Source of the DNA: Candidatus Hydrogenedentota bacterium
GTDB lineage: Bacteria; Hydrogenedentota; Hydrogenedentia; Hydrogenedentales; SLHB01
Direction of reading: 5' to 3'
Assembly (NCBI GenBank): GCA_034408725.1
Contig: JAWXCN010000136.1
Location: 1-13,565, forward strand
DNA: 13,565 nt
Shown: positions 9,435 to 13,565 of the stretch, piece after piece
How positions within the stretch are numbered: the first letter of the stretch is position 1
How the letters are laid out: every line of letters starts with the position of its first letter
Program-made: the position numbers and the translations under genes
Notes under the pieces: generated by a model
Seen by the model: the letters and a program-made list of their open reading frames with translations, nothing else
What the model was told of the DNA's origin: nothing
Databases searched by the model: none

Positions 9435-9470
9435 AGCTCCTTTTCCTTTTTGCCGTAGTGTTTATACCGG

Positions 9471-10724
9471 CTAATCCGAATGATACTCCAACTCTGCGTC
9501 GGCGATGAAAATCGTCGCGCCTTCTTCCGCGCCCAGGCGTTTGAGCGCCTTGAAGATGCCCATTTTCTGCAGGCGCTTTTCGAGGTGGCGCACGGCGTCG
9601 TCGTTGTCGAAGTTGGTCATGCGCACCGCGCGGACGGCGACCTTGCCATCGATCCGGAATCCGCCTTCGACGCGCTCGACTGTATAGGGGGCCTGGTATG
9701 CGTACTCGGCGAACTCGGGAATCTTGGGTGCGTTTTCTTCGTCTTTGCGCAACTTTTCGACAATGCTCCACAGGTGCTCAAGCAACTTGTCGATGCCTTC
9801 ATGCGTTGCGCCGGAGATCAGCCAGGGTGAATCAAACGATTTCGCGACTTCGTCAAACCGTTCGCGGTTTTCCGGCACGTCCGCTTTGTTCAACGCGAAT
9901 ACGTGCGGGCGCGTTGCGAACACCGCGCTGTGCTGGGCCAATTCCGATTCCAGCACGCGCAAGGTTTCAGCGGGGTCTTCGTCGCCCAGATCGATAAGAA
10001 AAAGCAGCACCTTCGTGCGCTCGATGTGGCGAAGGAAGTCGTGACCAAGCCCTTTGCCTTCGGCTGCGCCTTCGATGATGCCGGGGATGTCCGCAATCGT
10101 GAGTGTCCGGAAATCGCTCAGCGGGACGACGCCGAGGTTCGGCGACAAAGTCGTGAACGGATACGCAGCGATTTTTGGGCGCGCGGCGGTGGCCGCGGCG
10201 AGGAACGTGGATTTTCCGGCGTTTGGCAGGCCGACCAAACCCACTTCAGCAATGACTTTCAGTTCGACGAGGAATTCGGTGTCTTCGCCCGGTTCTCCAA
10301 ACTCGGCAAATTGCGGGGCGCGCTCGGTGGAAGTGGCGAACTTTGCGTTGCCGCGTCCTCCGCGACCGCCGCGTGCCGCGACGAAACGTTGGCCGGGTTC
10401 GGTGAGATCGGCGACGACAGAATCGTTATCAAGCTGTTTAATGATGGTGCCCAATGGGACGTAGACGAGCACGTCGTCACCATTTTTGCCGTGGCAATCG
10501 CTACCTTGTCCGTGCGCGCCGGACAAACCTTTCCAATGGGCGTGATACTTCAGATCAAGGAGTGAGGTGTAACGCGGGTCCGCGACGAAAAAGACCGATC
10601 CGCCGTTGCCGCCGTCGCCGCCGTTGGGTCCGCCGCGGGGAACGTATTTTTCGCGGCGAAAGCTGCGGCAACCGTTGCCTCCCGCGCCGCCGGTGACCCG
10701 GACTCGGGCGCGATCTATAAACAT
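9471..10724 (-). CDS. obgE: GTPase ObgE/CgtA with C-terminal OCT (DUF1967-like) domain
   Basis: MFIDRA..V.GGAGGNG..SFRREKYVPRGGPNGGDGG Gly-rich Obg fold; G1 GLPNAGKST, G2 YPFTT, G3 DIPG, G4 NKAD; C-terminal MTNFDNDDAVRHL..RLQKMGI..AL.RLGA.EG.TI.I. Confidence 0.97.
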   Translation of the reverse strand: MFIDRARVRVTGGAGGNGCRSFRREKYVPRGGPNGGDGGNGGSVFFVADPRYTSLLDLKYHAHWKGLSGAHGQGSDCHGKNGDDVLVYVPLGTIIKQLDNDSVVADLTEPGQRFVAARGGRGGRGNAKFATSTERAPQFAEFGEPGEDTEFLVELKVIAEVGLVGLPNAGKSTFLAAATAARPKIAAYPFTTLSPNLGVVPLSDFRTLTIADIPGIIEGAAEGKGLGHDFLRHIERTKVLLFLIDLGDEDPAETLRVLESELAQHSAVFATRPHVFALNKADVPENRERFDEVAKSFDSPWLISGATHEGIDKLLEHLWSIVEKLRKDEENAPKIPEFAEYAYQAPYTVERVEGGFRIDGKVAVRAVRMTNFDNDDAVRHLEKRLQKMGIFKALKRLGAEEGATIFIADAELEYHSD

Positions 10725-10748
10725 GGGGTACGGCTCCGGGAGTTGCCG

Positions 10749-11012
10749 TTACTTCGCTGCGGGTTCGACTACGTCAATGCACTTCCGGTCTTTGCGCAAG
10801 TAACGGAACTGCACGACGCCGTCCTTCAGCGCAAAGAGGGTATCGTCTTTTCCGATGCCCACGTTGTTGCCGGGGAAGAAGGTTGTGCCGCGCTGACGCA
10901 CGAGGATGTTGCCCGCGCGCACGTTTTCGCCGCCGTAGCGCTTGATGCCAAGACGTTGGGATGCGGAATCGCGGCCATTGCGCGAGCTGCCGCCTGCTTT
11001 TTTTGTGGCCAT
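10749..11012 (-). CDS. rpmA: 50S ribosomal protein L27
   Basis: [52 protein letters not shown] upstream. No N-terminal extension. Confidence 0.98.
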   Translation of the reverse strand: MATKKAGGSSRNGRDSASQRLGIKRYGGENVRAGNILVRQRGTTFFPGNNVGIGKDDTLFALKDGVVQFRYLRKDRKCIDVVEPAAK

Positions 11013-11047
11013 TTCTATAACTCCTGATCGTTGCTAGCTGTTTACAT

Positions 11048-11077
11048 CCCCCTAAATCCCCCTTCAAAGGGGGACTT
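11048..11077. repeat. REP-like palindromic element CCCCCTAAATCCCCCTTCAAAGGGGGACTT
   Basis: Inverted repeat TCCCCCTT (11057-11064) / AAGGGGGA (11067-11074), preceded by a further CCCCC tract. Only one copy is in the window, so its repetitive nature is inferred from resemblance to dispersed elements in other bacteria. Confidence 0.6.
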
Positions 11078-11123
11078 AAGCGAGGGCCGGTCGGGCGATC
11101 TTCGTCAGTCGCAGACGGCGGAC

Positions 11124-11435
11124 TTAGAGGACGATGTCCGTCACTTTCAATTGAGTGTACGACTGCCGGTGGCCATTCAGGCGCTGATAGCCTTTGCGGC
11201 GCTTCTTCTTGTACACGAGGATTTTTTTCGCCCGGCCCTGCGCGGTGACCTCGCAGACGACCTTCGCGCCCGAGAGCTTGGCCGGGTCAACGACGATACC
11301 GTCGTCATTCGCCACGAGCCGCACTTCGCCAAGCTCAATGCGATCGCCGACGGGTGCTTCGATCTTCTCGACGCGCATGTGATCGCCTTTGGCAACTTTG
11401 AACTGTTTGCCGCCGGTTGTCAGGACTGCGTACAT
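11124..11435 (-). CDS. rplU: 50S ribosomal protein L21
   Basis: MYAVLTTGGKQFKVAKGD...VEKI, KKILVYKKKRRKGYQRLNGHRQSYT. SD GGAG precedes ATG 11435, giving 103 aa. Confidence 0.98.
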   Translation of the reverse strand: MYAVLTTGGKQFKVAKGDHMRVEKIEAPVGDRIELGEVRLVANDDGIVVDPAKLSGAKVVCEVTAQGRAKKILVYKKKRRKGYQRLNGHRQSYTQLKVTDIVL

Positions 11436-11490
11436 GATTCGTCTCCACTCACGGCGCGCGTTCCGCGACGCCTTCGTTAAAGTGCCAATC

Positions 11491-12306
11491 TCAGTTCTTA
11501 TGATGCGCAACAAACTGGGTCGCCGCCGCGCGCAATTCTGCAATCGCGGACAACGACGCCAGGTAACTCGACTTCGGGTTTCTCGGCGATGCGAGATTCT
11601 CGGTCACCGTCTTGAACATGCCGAACGCGCCTTCGACCGTGATCTCGTGCGAGTTCGTCGTCGAACGCGGGTCGGCGATGACGCGCACGCGGGTCTCGTC
11701 TGGGCCGATGCCCGTGAGGCTCAGCGCCGCGGCGACATTTACGTTGTGCGGAAAAGCCTTGCACGCTTCGCGCGCGCTGCCTTCAAACACAACCGTCGCG
11801 TCCGTCAGGTTCTCGACGTCAATCCCTTTTTCAACTAAATATGGCGCGCCAGCCAGCCCTTTCGGCGGCTTGCGCGTCGTCAATGTGACGTGGTGCAACC
11901 CGCCTTCCATCGCCGCGCGGATTCCATCCAGGCCGCTAATCGCGCCGGAAGGAATCCGGATGTCCACCCCCCGCTCGCGTGCTTCCGCGATGAGACCGGG
12001 GTGCTCCATCAACCCGCCGACACTCAAAATCAAGCAATCGCGATGGTGCTTGATCGCGGCCGCCACCACGCGCTCGACGGAACTCGGCTGCGCGCATTCG
12101 ACGAGAAAATCCGCCGATGCGGCATTTTCATCGAGCCCGCAAACCTGGGCCTTCAAATTGAACGAATTCAACAACAGACGCGCGCGCGACTCGTCGGTAT
12201 CCGTCAACGCAACGATCTCGGCTGGGATCGTTCCCTTTTGTAAACCAATGCACAGGTCAGCGCCAATATTGCCGCACCCGACCAGGCCGACCTTCATCTT
12301 CAGCAT
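11491..12306 (-). CDS. nadX: L-aspartate dehydrogenase (NAD de novo synthesis; DUF108 family)
   Basis: Rossmann motif KVGLVGCGNIG, LVECA, ILSVGGL, IPSGAISGLD, TTRKPP, FEGSAREAC..FPHNVNVAAALSL, NSHEI, NPKSSYLASLS. Start is uncertain (ATG at 12297, 12306 or 12333). Confidence 0.92.
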   Translation of the reverse strand: MLKMKVGLVGCGNIGADLCIGLQKGTIPAEIVALTDTDESRARLLLNSFNLKAQVCGLDENAASADFLVECAQPSSVERVVAAAIKHHRDCLILSVGGLMEHPGLIAEARERGVDIRIPSGAISGLDGIRAAMEGGLHHVTLTTRKPPKGLAGAPYLVEKGIDVENLTDATVVFEGSAREACKAFPHNVNVAAALSLTGIGPDETRVRVIADPRSTTNSHEITVEGAFGMFKTVTENLASPRNPKSSYLASLSAIAELRAAATQFVAHHKN

Positions 12307-12390
12307 ATGCTTTCGGCAGCATTCCGGCGACATTGCCGCAGGTCCACTACCCCATTTCCTTGCTTCCGGCGGATCGCCAGACAGTCGCCT

Positions 12391-12420
12391 AGATTAGCAT
12401 AGTGGCAAAACGCAAGTCAA
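12391..12420 (-). promoter_or_regulatory. Candidate sigma70 promoter for the nadX-rplU... operon
   Basis: Minus strand reads TTGACT (12420-12415), 18 nt, TAATCT (12396-12391), with an extended -10 TG (TGcTAATCT). Confidence 0.55.
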
Positions 12421-12508
12421 ACGCTGCAAGGCAGTTGATGAAGGTTGAATCATACTCACAGCTTGCACCGGTTTATCGTATTTTGGGGCGCGCTCAAGGC
12501 GGGGTTAT

Positions 12509-12556
12509 CTACTACCAATTGTGTGATCACTTATGTATAAATACAATATATAGGGG
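12509..12556. promoter_or_regulatory. Tandem NrdR-box-like operators
   Basis: CTACTACCAATTGTGT (12509-12524) and ATACAATATATAGGGG (12541-12556) resemble the consensus acaCwAtATaTwGtgt. Their starts are 32 bp apart, a characteristic NrdR tandem spacing. Confidence 0.6.
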
Positions 12557-12562
12557 TTTTAC

Positions 12563-12592
12563 TTGACATCGATGTCCTGAATCTCCTATAAC
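12563..12592 (+). promoter_or_regulatory. Candidate sigma70 promoter for the methyltransferase gene
   Basis: TTGACA (12563-12568), 18 nt, TATAAC (12587-12592), with AT-rich sequence upstream. Confidence 0.65.
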
Positions 12593-12609
12593 AACCACGT
12601 AGGAAGCAC

Positions 12610-12687
12610 GATCACTCCGTTTGCGGTGATCCCTCCGGGTCACCGCGCAGGACTCAGGAAACGCAATCGGAGCGCGTAGATGGGAGG
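12610..12687 (+). ncRNA. Structured 5' leader, unassigned candidate cis-regulatory RNA
   Basis: 10-bp stem GCGGUGAUCC/GGGUCACCGC with a CUCC loop; alternative stem GAUCAC/GUGAUC; outer stem CUCCGUUUGCG/CGCAAUCGGAG covering a GGAG SD. No known family recognised. Confidence 0.4.
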
Positions 12688-13417
12688 TTTCACCAGAATG
12701 AAGCAGGACAGCCGATATTGGGACGCCATTGCGCCGCAGTGGACAACCGAAATCTTCAACTCGCTTCAGAGCGACCGGAATCGGATTATTCTAACTGAAT
12801 TGAAACGCGCAGCGAAAACTGCCCATTCGATCGCGGACTACGGTTGCGGCGTCGGCACCTACCTCCCCACGCTGGCGCGCCTGTTTGATGAAGTGCAGGG
12901 TTTTGATCATTCTGAAGTATGCGTGCAATTGGCGCAGAAGCGCATGCGCCGCAAACGGAATGTCTCGGTCCGTCAGTCTGCGGCAGCGCCGCGCGCATAT
13001 CGTGGCCGGTTCGACGCGGCCCTTTGCGTGAATGTGGCAATCAATCCCAACCGGCGCGCATGGCGCTGCGTTCTACAGTCCGCCGCCTCTCTATTAAAGC
13101 CCGAAGGCAGGCTAATCGTCGTTGTCCCCTCCGTCGAATCCGGGGTGATGGTGGCAAAAGCCGAGGGACCGGAATCACGCCCCACCAGCGCTGGAACCGT
13201 GTTGATGGATGGCGTTCCCACCAAGCACTACTCCCGTGCCGAATTGCACGACGCTCTCACCGGTATCGGCATGCACGTCTCGCGAATACGCCGCGTCGAA
13301 TACTCCTGGCGTAGCCAGTCCGTCACTCCGCCCGCCGAACTGCGCCACACTCTGCCGTGGGACTGGATAGCCATCGCAAGAAATACCGCGTCCAACGCCA
13401 ACGAAGTGGCGGCGTAA
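12680..13417 (+). CDS. Class I SAM-dependent methyltransferase
   Basis: Motif I IADYGCGVG, post-I VQGFDHS, motif II FDAALCVNV, motif III LLKPEGRLIVVVP. Start is ATG 12680 (SD GGAG) or ATG 12698 (SD GGGAGG). Substrate unknown. Confidence 0.88.
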   Translation: MGGFTRMKQDSRYWDAIAPQWTTEIFNSLQSDRNRIILTELKRAAKTAHSIADYGCGVGTYLPTLARLFDEVQGFDHSEVCVQLAQKRMRRKRNVSVRQSAAAPRAYRGRFDAALCVNVAINPNRRAWRCVLQSAASLLKPEGRLIVVVPSVESGVMVAKAEGPESRPTSAGTVLMDGVPTKHYSRAELHDALTGIGMHVSRIRRVEYSWRSQSVTPPAELRHTLPWDWIAIARNTASNANEVAA

Positions 13418-13565
13418 CATCCCACAAGGTCAATTGACAGGACGGCGGGGTTGGTGCAATAACCATTCGCGCGTCGCACCGACTTGGATTACCATTCAAT
13501 TCCCCTCGCCGTGTTCCCCGTGGTTCGTAAAATGGAATGCGAACGACGATTTTATTCTTCGTTCC

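Noticed and set aside
11013..11123. Possible prp (ysxB) protease gene between rplU and rpmA
   Set aside because: The spacer is only 111 nt, and L27 lacks the N-terminal extension that Prp cleaves.
11436..11543. 36-aa N-terminal extension of L21 in the ORF track
   Set aside because: It overlaps nadX; the canonical MYAV start at 11435 has its own SD.
11612..12397. Long antisense or alternate-frame ORFs (11612..12397, 9903..10565, 8220..8831, 4212..4883, 1151..1780 and similar)
   Set aside because: They shadow well-supported genes, show no recognisable motifs, and are expected in GC-rich DNA.
12419..12445. CGCTGCAAGGC resembles part of an SAH riboswitch
   Set aside because: The GAGGAGCG 5' core and the CAGGCUC 3' element are absent, and it lies upstream of both predicted promoters.
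12505..12513. TTATCTACT as a DnaA box
   Set aside because: Two mismatches to TTATCCACA, a single copy, and better explained as overlapping the first NrdR-like box.
12583..12686. ACAACCACGTAGG resembles the recalled NAD+-I (nadA motif) riboswitch segment ACAACCCCGUAGG, and CTCCTAT could pair with ATGGGAG
   Set aside because: The downstream complement needed to pair with GUAGG is missing, the element points away from nadX, and its 5' part overlaps the predicted -10 box so would not be transcribed.
1..13565. CRISPR array, tRNA/rRNA, transposase, integrase or prophage genes
   Set aside because: No spaced direct repeats, RNA-gene signatures or recombinase motifs were seen; nearly all of the window is accounted for by protein-coding genes.

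Overview
GC-rich bacterial chromosomal window, mostly housekeeping genes. The + strand carries a 5'-truncated icmF (fused B12-dependent isobutyryl-CoA mutase/MeaB-type GTPase), a translationally coupled Sel1-repeat gene, a secreted beta-helix (pectate-lyase-3/GH55-like) protein and a small MORN-variant protein. Converging on these is a - strand run: nadX-rplU-rpmA-obgE-[hicB-like]-proB-[antitoxin-like ORF]-proA-nadD. Divergent from nadX is a class I SAM methyltransferase. The least-explained signals are: (1) a tandem pair of NrdR-box-like sites 32 bp apart beside a strong sigma70-like promoter, with no ribonucleotide reductase gene in the window; (2) a highly structured leader with mutually exclusive pairings that cover the methyltransferase ribosome-binding sites; (3) two AT-rich, toxin-less antitoxin-like genes fitted tightly into the conserved obgE-proB-proA operon; (4) a REP-like palindromic element between rplU and rpmA; (5) a Tyr-to-Phe change at a known acyl-CoA mutase specificity position in IcmF. 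No rRNA, tRNA, CRISPR array or transposase was seen. All calls come from reading motifs by eye; no searches were run.
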